A stretch of DNA of 64,000 nucleotides from Candidatus Heimdallarchaeota archaeon. GTDB taxonomy: Archaea > Asgardarchaeota > Heimdallarchaeia > JABLTI01. The translations under genes were made by a program, and so were the position numbers. This document shows positions 8,541-17,105 of this stretch, piece by piece (the stretch's first letter is position 1; every line of letters begins with the position of its first letter). Under the pieces are notes generated by a model that was not told the origin of the DNA, did not search any database, and saw nothing but the letters and a program-made list of their open reading frames with translations. Where the stretch lies: contig DXJV01000073.1 in assembly GCA_019056785.1 (NCBI GenBank), forward strand, positions 1,416 through 65,415. Reading direction: 5' to 3'.

Positions 8541-10253
8541 ATGGGCGACAAAAAATCAACGGACTTCTTGTGGAAAATTGCCCTGGCAGGAGATAGCTTT
8601 GTGGGAAAAACAACGATTAGGAAACGAGCTATGGGTGAACATTTTGCAGAAGAGTATATTTCAACGGTAGGTGCGGATTTCTCCTCCTATAAATTAAAAC
8701 TTGGTGATCTCGTCATCGGTTTTCAGGTATGGGACTTGGCGGGGCAAGATAAATACAAATATATCCGTTCGAGTTTTTATGGTGGAGCAACAGGTTGCTT
8801 TCTCGTTTATGACGTTACAAATCCAAGGTCCTTGGAAAGCTTATCTACGTGGGTAGATGAAGCAATACGTTATTCAAATGGGACCATTGAAATTTTCATT
8901 ATCTGTGCAAATAAAATTGATCTTAAAGGAAAACGTGAGATCAGCAGAGAAACAGGAATGAAATACACCCAAGCATTACGTGAAAGCTCTGGCTTACAAT
9001 GTGAATACATTGAAACCTCTGCACTAACAGGAGAAAACATAGATATTGCTTTTGATATGATGGCAAAGTGCCTGCTCGAACGAGAAGGTATAAGCCCAGC
9101 AAAACTACAAGAACCTACAATGCCACCTTTACAAGCACTAACGGTTGAAGAGAAACCTCTTGAATTATTAAAAACTGAACCTGAGAGGAAAGAAACCACT
9201 CAAATAATTGAAACGATACCGGCTGCAAATGCTTCTATTGTTGAGAAAAAAGAGGAAGCAGATTCACAAACTGACAAACTGATCGCAGAAGTAATGGCGG
9301 TCTTAGATGAAACTGACGAAATCATTATTGGAAAAGAGCAAACAAAAACGGGAGAACGAGTTATAACAATCTCAAAAACTGACGCTGAAAAAACGCTACC
9401 AAAAGTTGAAGAAGAACCACAAATTAGCTCACAGTTAGAAACAATCCTTAAACAGATAAATAAAAAATTAGATGGATTAACCAACCGTTTAAAAGATTTG
9501 GAAGAAGAGATTTCCTTGGTTAAAATGGCAGACCCCGAGAAACCGGTAAGAGAAGAAGTCCCTAAGAGAGCTGATAGAAAAGAGTTTGTGGAAGTGCCAG
9601 AAAAAGAAGAAGACGAGTTAGACCTTTTAGCACAGCTGCCTTTACCAAGCACAGAGGAAAAAAAAGAAGAACGAGCTGAAGAGAAAGAGGGGTTCGAAGA
9701 ACAAAAAGAAACAATCAAACAAGAAACACAGCCTGAAAGTATAATGGACTCTAATCTAGACGAAGAAGAGGCAGCTCTTGAAAGCTTACTTGAAACTTCA
9801 CCTCAAAAAGAATCAACAGAGGAATTTCAAACTGACACTCTGACCAATAATGACAACTCATCAACGGAAGAGGTGCAGTTTAATCAGGGACGCGCCGAAG
9901 AAAATGAGCGTGAGTCAATAACTGATCTCGAGGACCTCCCAGATGAAGAGTTAGTTGAGATTCCAGATGCAGAACCATTAATCCCCCTATCGGGCGATAC
10001 TGATGAGGAAATCATTGAAGATAGAAACGTTTTAGGAACAGAACTTTCGAGTGCTCTTATCTCAGAGTTAAAAGATATCAAAGGAGAAGAAGAAAAAAAC
10101 GGCGCGGCAACAGAAACACAATTAATCACTCAACCATTAAAAGTCGAAGAGATGGATGAAAAACATCTTTGTCCAATTTGTGGTGAAAAAATGAAATACA
10201 TCCGTCAATACAAACGTTTCTATTGTGTGAAATGTGGTCGTTATCTCATATAA
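8541..10253 (+). CDS. Rab/Ras-like small GTPase with a long acidic disordered extension and a C-terminal zinc ribbon
   Basis: - G1 GDSFVGKTT
- G2 STVGADF
- G3 WDLAGQ
- G4 NKID
- G5 ETSAL
- About 370 aa E/K/T-rich tail ending CPICGEKMKYIRQYKRFYCVKCGRY

The track ORF starts at GTG 8529. I prefer ATG 8541 because GAAGGTGG sits about 8 nt upstream. Confidence 0.8.
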   Translation: MGDKKSTDFLWKIALAGDSFVGKTTIRKRAMGEHFAEEYISTVGADFSSYKLKLGDLVIGFQVWDLAGQDKYKYIRSSFYGGATGCFLVYDVTNPRSLESLSTWVDEAIRYSNGTIEIFIICANKIDLKGKREISRETGMKYTQALRESSGLQCEYIETSALTGENIDIAFDMMAKCLLEREGISPAKLQEPTMPPLQALTVEEKPLELLKTEPERKETTQIIETIPAANASIVEKKEEADSQTDKLIAEVMAVLDETDEIIIGKEQTKTGERVITISKTDAEKTLPKVEEEPQISSQLETILKQINKKLDGLTNRLKDLEEEISLVKMADPEKPVREEVPKRADRKEFVEVPEKEEDELDLLAQLPLPSTEEKKEERAEEKEGFEEQKETIKQETQPESIMDSNLDEEEAALESLLETSPQKESTEEFQTDTLTNNDNSSTEEVQFNQGRAEENERESITDLEDLPDEELVEIPDAEPLIPLSGDTDEEIIEDRNVLGTELSSALISELKDIKGEEEKNGAATETQLITQPLKVEEMDEKHLCPICGEKMKYIRQYKRFYCVKCGRYLI

Positions 10254-10287
10254 TATAAAAGTAGCTCGAAGAACAATGGTGCTTTAA

Positions 10288-10747
10288 ATGGCAGATGACG
10301 TTTTAATCTTGAAAACCTCGGGGATTCCACTTTATGCAAAATGTTTTGGAGGGAAAACCTGTAAGGCCCATCCAGATCATGCATTACAGAGTGGCTTTTT
10401 AGCAGCTCTTTTCTCCTATTCCAAAGAAACTTTTAGTGAAAGTGGGATTAAATCAGTTATTTTTAGTGGCTTTAAACTTGATTTTAAAGTTGACGAAGAA
10501 AAAGAGCTCATTCTTGTCTTTACAAATCCATTAGAAGAGAATAACTCCTAGGTAAAAGCACAACTAGACAAAGCCCATCGAATTTTTGTCGAGAAATACT
10601 CACCTCATTTAGATAAAATAACCTTTGATCAAGATCTCTAAGGATTTTGAAGATGACTTGGTTGCAAATAAGATTGTACCTCATGAATCGAAAAAAGATT
10701 TGCCATTGCAACGTGAAACGTTTTCAAAGACTGCTGGCGAAATTTAA
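10288..10747 (+). pseudogene. Longin/roadblock-superfamily protein (candidate GTPase regulator) interrupted by an in-frame TAG (10549) and a +1 frame change near 10630
   Basis: - N-terminal part: MADDVLILKTSGIPLYAKCFGG...LQSGFLAALFSYSKETF...LILVFTN.
- After TAG the same frame reads VKAQLDKAHRIFVEKYSPHLDKITFDQ.
- The +1 frame then reads KISKDFEDDLVANKIVPHESKKDLPLQRETFSKTAGEI to the stop at 10745..10747. Confidence 0.45.
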
Positions 10748-11037
10748 ACGATAAGATTAATTCTTTGCCCCTTCTTTCTTCATTTGACTTTCAAACGAGT
10801 GTAAGAAAGTCATTAAAGGTGTGAAAATGTTGTTTGCCTTCACAATTAATAGAAGCAAAAAATTATTAATTAAGGTAAAAGCTCTTATATCGTTAGGCAA
10901 TAAGCACTGGTTATACTGTAAAGGATGAAATAACTCATCTGAATCCAAATTATGTCTAACAGAATTTCCCCAAAAAGCCTTAAATAATATGCCCGAAAAA
11001 CTGGGTTAGAAGTAATTGAAGCAAGAGAAAGGTATGT

Positions 11038-11655
11038 ATGATGACAGCTGAATCTTTTGGAAAAACGGATATCTTTTTATGGGAACGAGCAACACCTCAA
11101 GAAACAATCAACCTTTTAAAGGATGCTTATAACTTTTTCACAAAAAATGCTGTTAAAGAATCATTCAAAGTTGCGGCATTAAAAATAGTTGCAAAATACG
11201 TTGCTAAGGCCGGTTTTCCAAAAGACCAAACTGCCTTTAATGCTGCTGCACTCTATGTTGTCTATCGAATGCCAATCTTATACCCGAATCATCGCTCTAA
11301 AAAAGAATTTGCTGACAGGCTAAAAATCACTGAAGCGAGCCTAGACTGGTATGTGAATTCCATTGTTGATACATTACAATTTTTTACATTGCGGGACAGA
11401 AAAAATTTTCCCTATTATATTGAACGTGATGGTATCACTTTTAGTGTAATCTCTTCTGTCGTCAAAGTTTTAGTAGAAGAAGCTTTAGTTCAAGGTTGGA
11501 CGGAGATTAAACGGTTTGATATCAAGACTGTCGTTGACAAAATACTGGATATGTTAATTACGACCCTACGTATTATCCCCCCTGTCTTTAGAAGAGATCT
11601 CGGCAATAAAATTGAGGCTTATTTACAAGAAGAATTTTCTAATACAAAACTGTGA
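11038..11655 (+). CDS. Hypothetical protein; weak resemblance to a TFIIB/cyclin-box repeat
   Basis: Segment AAALYVVYRMP...SKKEFADRLKITEASLDWYVNSIVDTL resembles the cyclin-repeat pattern of TFB. No catalytic motifs. Confidence 0.4.
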   Translation: MMTAESFGKTDIFLWERATPQETINLLKDAYNFFTKNAVKESFKVAALKIVAKYVAKAGFPKDQTAFNAAALYVVYRMPILYPNHRSKKEFADRLKITEASLDWYVNSIVDTLQFFTLRDRKNFPYYIERDGITFSVISSVVKVLVEEALVQGWTEIKRFDIKTVVDKILDMLITTLRIIPPVFRRDLGNKIEAYLQEEFSNTKL

Positions 11656-11802
11656 TGTCGTGTTAATATTCTTATTATTTTAAAAGAAAAATGTCTTTCA
11701 GTGAATGCCGCTCTAAATTATTGTTTTATTTAGTTATTTAAGTAATTTTTTAAATTGAAATGGTTTGTAGTTAAATGCGAAAAACAACCCCCTATCACTT
11801 AG

Positions 11803-12462
11803 GTGAAAACTGTCGTGAAACACATCAAAGATGATTTAGGAAGTACTATTGATTCTGAAGATAATATTGTTCGGATGATTCTAATTGAGCAAGCAGTGGA
11901 TGCTGCACTCGAGATCGAAGAACCGGTTTCACGAAGTTATGCAATTAGTGATTGTATTTTGGCTATCCTGGATTTTGCCCGCGAAACATCAAATGAAGCA
12001 TTGATGGCACGTGTAGAAACATTATTCGAGGAAGTAATAAATAAGGGGGCACAAGCACGAACATTAAGTTATATTGCTGTAGTACTTGCCTCTTTTGGCC
12101 AAGAAATAGAAGCAGAAAAGAGCATAACAAAAGCCATCCAAATTGCCTCTGAAATTAAGGATGATTTTGACCGTCGAGACGCTTTTTTAGACATTGCCAC
12201 CTCAGCAGGTGACATCTTCTATTTAACAACAGATGAAGGCCAACTCGAGGATGCACTTCAATTTGCAGACCAGCTAACAAAAGGGCAAAGAGCTTATTTA
12301 TTTGGCTATTTAGCTTCCCTTTTACCTCGACAGAAAGGGGCAGAATTACTGAAAGAAGCACTGAAAATCGCGGATGAAATAACTGACCCAATAACGCGCT
12401 CAAAGGTTTACCTTGAGTTGGCAAACCTTACAAACAATTTACAAGATGAGCCAAGCCCTTAA
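11803..12462 (+). CDS. Hypothetical alpha-helical repeat (TPR/HEAT-like) protein
   Basis: GTG start. Repeated about 35-aa helical units (e.g. ...AIQIASEIKDDFDRRDAFLDIA... / ...ALKIADEITDPITRSKVYLELA...). Confidence 0.4.
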   Translation: MKTVVKHIKDDLGSTIDSEDNIVRMILIEQAVDAALEIEEPVSRSYAISDCILAILDFARETSNEALMARVETLFEEVINKGAQARTLSYIAVVLASFGQEIEAEKSITKAIQIASEIKDDFDRRDAFLDIATSAGDIFYLTTDEGQLEDALQFADQLTKGQRAYLFGYLASLLPRQKGAELLKEALKIADEITDPITRSKVYLELANLTNNLQDEPSP

Positions 12463-13166
12463 AAATAATCCAGAAACCGCACAACTTTTCGACCCTTTTT
12501 AGGCGTGAAAACGATCCTGATGAAATTCACAAGATCATATTGGTCAATGGGTCTTATAGCCGGGAAAGTTGCCCCTCTTTTCACCGCAGCTAAAATCTTC
12601 TCTTCAGAAGGCTTACCATCTATCTCCACCCAAGTAAAGCAAGTACCTATGGCTTTATGATAGTGAGAATCAGAGCCACCAAGAGGGCTGAAACCGTTAT
12701 ATTTGAAAGCAACTTTTGCCATGATGTTTGGGAAGTTCAAAAAAATTTTCGCAAAACCATTATAAAATTCCATGCCATCTGCCTTAAGGTTGGCAGCAGT
12801 CCAGCCCACACTATTATGACTCATAAATGGGTGGGGGATAATTGATGTCCCTCCCAGAGAACGAATTAATTCAACTGTCGCAGCAGCGGATTTATTTACA
12901 GGAATCTCTTTATTAATACCAAACGCCAGCAAATGACCATCTGCTGTATCAATTTCCACGCCTGGAAAATATACTTTTGTTTTATCGACGCGTGTAAATT
13001 TCTTAACGACTTTTTTTGCAAAAGCAAAGTTATTGTGAGTAACAATCCCTGCTCCATCCAAGTTTCGAGCGCGCATCATTTGAGGGATCTTTTCATAATT
13101 GACATTTTCATCGACATGAACATGAAAATCAATTGCCAAGCGTTTGGTTTTACTCATGATTCTCAT
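12459..13166 (-). CDS. PHP-domain metal-dependent phosphoesterase
   Basis: DFHVHVD, GVEID..DGHLLAFG, IIPHPF and GGSDSHY motifs, in PHP order. Confidence 0.7.
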   Translation of the reverse strand: MRIMSKTKRLAIDFHVHVDENVNYEKIPQMMRARNLDGAGIVTHNNFAFAKKVVKKFTRVDKTKVYFPGVEIDTADGHLLAFGINKEIPVNKSAAATVELIRSLGGTSIIPHPFMSHNSVGWTAANLKADGMEFYNGFAKIFLNFPNIMAKVAFKYNGFSPLGGSDSHYHKAIGTCFTWVEIDGKPSEEKILAAVKRGATFPAIRPIDQYDLVNFIRIVFTPKKGRKVVRFLDYF

Positions 13167-13328
13167 GACAGTAACTTTTGTTTTAGAATTTTTTTGTCGA
13201 ATCTGTATTTACGTAAGGAATTGCCCTTAAACCACTAATCCATTAAAAATTTGCTCTCTTTTTAAGAAGCGAAACTCTTTTCAGTAGAGAGGAAGTATTA
13301 TTGGTTAGCCAAAAAATCATTTTGGAGT

Positions 13329-13535
13329 GTGTTCAAAATAGTTGTAAAAATAATTGAAGTAATTGGCATGTCTGATAAGAGTTGGGAAGATGCCGCAAAA
13401 GATGCCGTTGAATCTGCAGCAAAGACTGTGAAGAACATCACAGGTGTTGATGTTGTCCACTTTACTGCTACAGTAAAAGATGGCAAAATCGTCAAATATA
13501 AAGCAAACTGCAAACTTGCTTTTATTGTCGAGTAA
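13329..13535 (+). CDS. Dodecin-family flavin-binding protein
   Basis: 68 aa. KIIEVIGMSDKSWEDAAKDAVESAAKTVKNITGVDV...KDGKIVKYKANCKLAFIVE matches the dodecin pattern. Confidence 0.7.
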   Translation: MFKIVVKIIEVIGMSDKSWEDAAKDAVESAAKTVKNITGVDVVHFTATVKDGKIVKYKANCKLAFIVE

Positions 13536-13651
13536 GAAATTCCCTTTTATATTGGGAACTTTCATTCCTTTTTTCTTTTTTTTAAAAACTTTCAGAAATA
13601 CTTTAAGCCATCTCCCATCTTTCAGATTATTTAGAAAAGCTGGACTTTTTC

Positions 13652-15634
13652 ATGCGGAAAGTAATGAGCGAATTTAAACTTGCAGCCGGGCTTACCCCAA
13701 AAGGAGATCAGCCAAAAGCGATTAAAGCTTTAGTTGAGGGCTTTGCTCAAGGACGGAGATTACAAGTATTACAGGGGGTGACGGGCTCTGGAAAAACCTT
13801 TACTGTCGCAAATGTTATCCAAGCTTTGCAAATACCAACATTAGTCCTTTCACCAAACAAAACCTTGGCAGCTCAATTATGCTCTGACTTTCGGCGGTAT
13901 TTTCCAGGGAATGCAGTGGAATATTTCGTTTCATATTATGACTATTATCAGCCTGAGGCATATGTCCCGAGTTCAGATATTTACATTGCAAAGGATTCCT
14001 CTATTAATGAAGAGATAGAAAAAATGCGCTATTCTACAACATATTCATTAGCAACTAGAAGGGATGTTGTTGTCGTTGCGAGCGTTTCAGCAATCTTTGG
14101 GTTGGGGGCACCGGAACCTTATAGGCAAGTAATTTCTTTGATAAAAGGCTCAACAATCAAACGAAAGGAGCTCCTCCGTCGGCTTGTTGCTCTGCAGTAT
14201 GAACGGAATGATTTTGAGTTAAAACGAGGGACATTCCGTGCAAAAGGTGATACTATTGAAATCTTCCCACCACATTCAGAGAAAACTACTTATCGTATTG
14301 AAATGTTTGGCGACGTGATAGAGAAAATAACTGAAAATGTTTATCCGACAGGAAAGAAACTTCGTGAGCTTCAGACATACGATGTTTATCCTGCAACACA
14401 TTATTTAACAGAAGCAGAATCCATCGAAGAAGTTTGTGAGAAAATTGAGGCTGAGTTAGCTGAACGATTGGCTTATTTCAGAAAACAGAACCTTTACCTC
14501 GAGGCTCAAAGATTAGAAGAACGGACCCGTTATGATTTAGAGATGTTACGAACCGTTGGTTATTGTTCTGGCATAGAAAATTATGCCATGTATCTCGACA
14601 GGCGAACATGGGGTGAACGTCCTTTTGTCCTCCTCGATCATTTTTCAGATGATTTTTTAATGGTAATTGATGAGTCGCATATAACTATCCCTCAAATTCG
14701 AGGGATGTACGGTGGCGACCGTTCGCGGAAAGAAACTCTAGTGAAGTTTGGTTTTCGCCTGCCTTCTGCCTTAGAAAACCGCCCCTTGAGGTTTGAAGAG
14801 TTTGAGCCCTTTATGAAAAAAGTGTTGTTTGTTTCTGCAACACCGGGTCCATATGAACTTGCTCATGGTGAAGCACTTGTTGAGCAAATCATTCGCCCGA
14901 CGGGTTTAGTTGATCCAGAGATAATTATCAAACCAATTGAACATCAAGTGGATGTACTTCTTTCTGAAATTAAGAAAAGAGTACAGCAACAAGAGCGGGT
15001 ACTTGTCACAACCCTAACAAAAAGAATGGCTGAGGAGCTGGCGCAATTCCTTGTGGAACACGGGATAAAAGCTGAATATCTCCATTCAGAGATTGACACT
15101 ATAGATCGTGTTAGTATCTTGAGAGAGCTGCGAAAAGGTGTGCATGATGTTATCGTTGGCATAAACTTGTTGCGTGAAGGGTTGGATCTCCCGGAAGTTT
15201 CCTTAGTGGCTATTTTAGATGCTGATAAAGAAGGATTTCTACGGTCAGAACGTTCGTTGACACAAATTATCGGTCGTGCATCACGAAATATTAATGGCCG
15301 TGTAATTTTGTTTGCAGATAAGCTCACTGACTCGATAAAACGAACCGTTGAAGCAAACAACCGCCGGCGTAGAATCCAGTTGCATTATAATAAGAAACAT
15401 AACATCACACCCCAGACAATTCAGAAATCACTCGAGGATATAACAGATACACTCGAAAAGATCGAGCGTATCCCGAAAAAGAAGATGCAAGAGATAAAGA
15501 AACTCGCAAGGGATGACCGGGAAATGCTCATCATAGAGCTCCGAGAAGAAATGGCTCAAGCGGCAAAACGATTAGAGTTTGAAAAAGCAGCAGAACTCCG
15601 GGACCTGATACGTGAGCTTGAAGGAATAAACTAA
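13652..15634 (+). CDS. uvrB: Excinuclease ABC subunit B
   Basis: GVTGSGKTF Walker A, YYDYYQPEAY beta-hairpin region, helicase motifs and C-terminal UVR domain (EFEKAAELRDLIRELE). Confidence 0.95.
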   Translation: MRKVMSEFKLAAGLTPKGDQPKAIKALVEGFAQGRRLQVLQGVTGSGKTFTVANVIQALQIPTLVLSPNKTLAAQLCSDFRRYFPGNAVEYFVSYYDYYQPEAYVPSSDIYIAKDSSINEEIEKMRYSTTYSLATRRDVVVVASVSAIFGLGAPEPYRQVISLIKGSTIKRKELLRRLVALQYERNDFELKRGTFRAKGDTIEIFPPHSEKTTYRIEMFGDVIEKITENVYPTGKKLRELQTYDVYPATHYLTEAESIEEVCEKIEAELAERLAYFRKQNLYLEAQRLEERTRYDLEMLRTVGYCSGIENYAMYLDRRTWGERPFVLLDHFSDDFLMVIDESHITIPQIRGMYGGDRSRKETLVKFGFRLPSALENRPLRFEEFEPFMKKVLFVSATPGPYELAHGEALVEQIIRPTGLVDPEIIIKPIEHQVDVLLSEIKKRVQQQERVLVTTLTKRMAEELAQFLVEHGIKAEYLHSEIDTIDRVSILRELRKGVHDVIVGINLLREGLDLPEVSLVAILDADKEGFLRSERSLTQIIGRASRNINGRVILFADKLTDSIKRTVEANNRRRRIQLHYNKKHNITPQTIQKSLEDITDTLEKIERIPKKKMQEIKKLARDDREMLIIELREEMAQAAKRLEFEKAAELRDLIRELEGIN

Positions 15635-15716
15635 ACGATTTTTCAAAAAGATTTAATTTCTCATGCTCTGTTCTCTAGAATATCAAGCCAAATAATTATT
15701 GTTGTGTTGATGATCT

Positions 15717-16340
15717 GTGGTGAAACCTAAAGAGAAAACCGAACAACAACAAGAAGATGCTTCTCAAGAAACAGGGCTAAAAGAACCGAAAAAAAAGAGA
15801 GAAAAAATCATTGTCGCCCAGCTGAGAGAACATGAACTCATAATTGACGACCATCAAGATGCGCGCATAGTTTTCGATAATGGTTATTATGGTATATTAA
15901 ATGATGATAAAAGTTTGTCTCTGAATTTCGATGAAGCATTGCATCTACTCGAGCGGGGGGTGATAAAGGTTATAGATGAGAATGGGGTGTGGCTCGACGT
16001 TAATGATTGCGCAAGAATCTTTTCAGAGCGAGAAGCAGACTTTTGGACAAATTATCTTGTGTTTAAGGACCTCAGAAACCGCGGGTATATTGTTGGGCGA
16101 GGGATTAGTGACAAATTGAAATATCGTGTCTATCCTCGGGGTGGGAAAGTAGGAAAAGATGTGGCCAAAACGATGGTTTGCCCACTTGCAGAAGGTGATG
16201 CAATTAGTATCGAAACCCTTGATGAAATCGTTAAGCAAATACAAAGTTTGAAAAAAAGGCTATTAATTGCTTGTGTGGACCGGCTGGGGGATGTCTCATT
16301 TTATGAGTTACAAAGGCTATTTAATGACCCGGTCAATTAA
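15717..16340 (+). CDS. endA: tRNA-splicing endonuclease family protein (EndA-like; catalytic His not recognisable)
   Basis: N-domain FDNGYYGIL...SLNFDEALHLLERGVIKV. C-domain YLVFKDLRNRGYIVGRG...KYRVYPRG...SLKKRLLIACVD. Lys/Glu-rich N-terminal extension. GTG start. Confidence 0.65.
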   Translation: MVKPKEKTEQQQEDASQETGLKEPKKKREKIIVAQLREHELIIDDHQDARIVFDNGYYGILNDDKSLSLNFDEALHLLERGVIKVIDENGVWLDVNDCARIFSEREADFWTNYLVFKDLRNRGYIVGRGISDKLKYRVYPRGGKVGKDVAKTMVCPLAEGDAISIETLDEIVKQIQSLKKRLLIACVDRLGDVSFYELQRLFNDPVN

Positions 16341-16365
16341 CAAAATTAGGAAAAGATGTGATAAT

Positions 16366-17067
16366 ATGAAAAACGATGAGAAATTACTCCTTAAACAAAA
16401 AAGCGCTCAAAAAGCGCTATCATATGTTAAAAATGGCATGGTTCTTGGTATTGGTAGTGGTTCGACGGTACGGGAGTTCATTCGACTCCTGGCTGCTTCT
16501 AGCTCACTCGATCTCCAAAGTATTATTTGTATTCCAAGCTCTTTTGACACAGAAAGTTTACTAGTAAAAGCAAATTTGCGTCTCGGACGGTTAAATCAAT
16601 TCTCAAAGATTGATCTCACTATTGATGGTGCAGATAGGGTTGATTCTAAGCTTAACTTAATTAAAGGTGGCGGGGGAGCACTTTTACGAGAAAAAATTGT
16701 CGCAGCAGCTTCCAAGGAGGTAATTATAATCGTTGACGAGAGCAAACTCGTTAAAGAACTTGCAGGGAGTTACCCCATCCCGGTGGAAGTTCTCCCGCTG
16801 GCAAAAGTTTTTGTAGAAAATGCCTTGCAAAAGCTAGGAGGAAAACCAAGCTTACGATTAGCAGCTAACAAATTAGGAGCGACAATTACCGATAACGGAA
16901 ACATGCTACTCGATACGGAATTCACCAAAATACCAGATATTGCAAAATTGGAAGAAGAGATTAATAACATTCCTGGCGTATTTGAAAATGGGCTATTCAG
17001 TAATCGGTTGGTCACACGTATTATCATTGCAACAACAACAAAAGGAATAATTGTAAAAGAAAAATAA
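16366..17067 (+). CDS. rpiA: Ribose-5-phosphate isomerase A
   Basis: GIGSGSTV, DGADRVD and LIKGGGGALLREKIVA motifs. I chose ATG 16366 because the track ORF start at 16267 overlaps the upstream gene. Confidence 0.9.
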   Translation: MKNDEKLLLKQKSAQKALSYVKNGMVLGIGSGSTVREFIRLLAASSSLDLQSIICIPSSFDTESLLVKANLRLGRLNQFSKIDLTIDGADRVDSKLNLIKGGGGALLREKIVAAASKEVIIIVDESKLVKELAGSYPIPVEVLPLAKVFVENALQKLGGKPSLRLAANKLGATITDNGNMLLDTEFTKIPDIAKLEEEINNIPGVFENGLFSNRLVTRIIIATTTKGIIVKEK

Positions 17068-17105
17068 AAGAGAAGGTAAGGGGTCGTCCGCCTGGCCCAT
17101 CTACC

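Noticed and set aside
9200-9718. 172-aa Ser-rich minus-strand ORF (and 8870..9199, 9884..10129) opposite the Rab-like GTPase tail
   Set aside because: This is an antisense shadow of a GAA/AAA-rich acidic coding region. It has a low-complexity Ser/Phe composition and no start context, and it lies fully inside a well-supported + strand gene.
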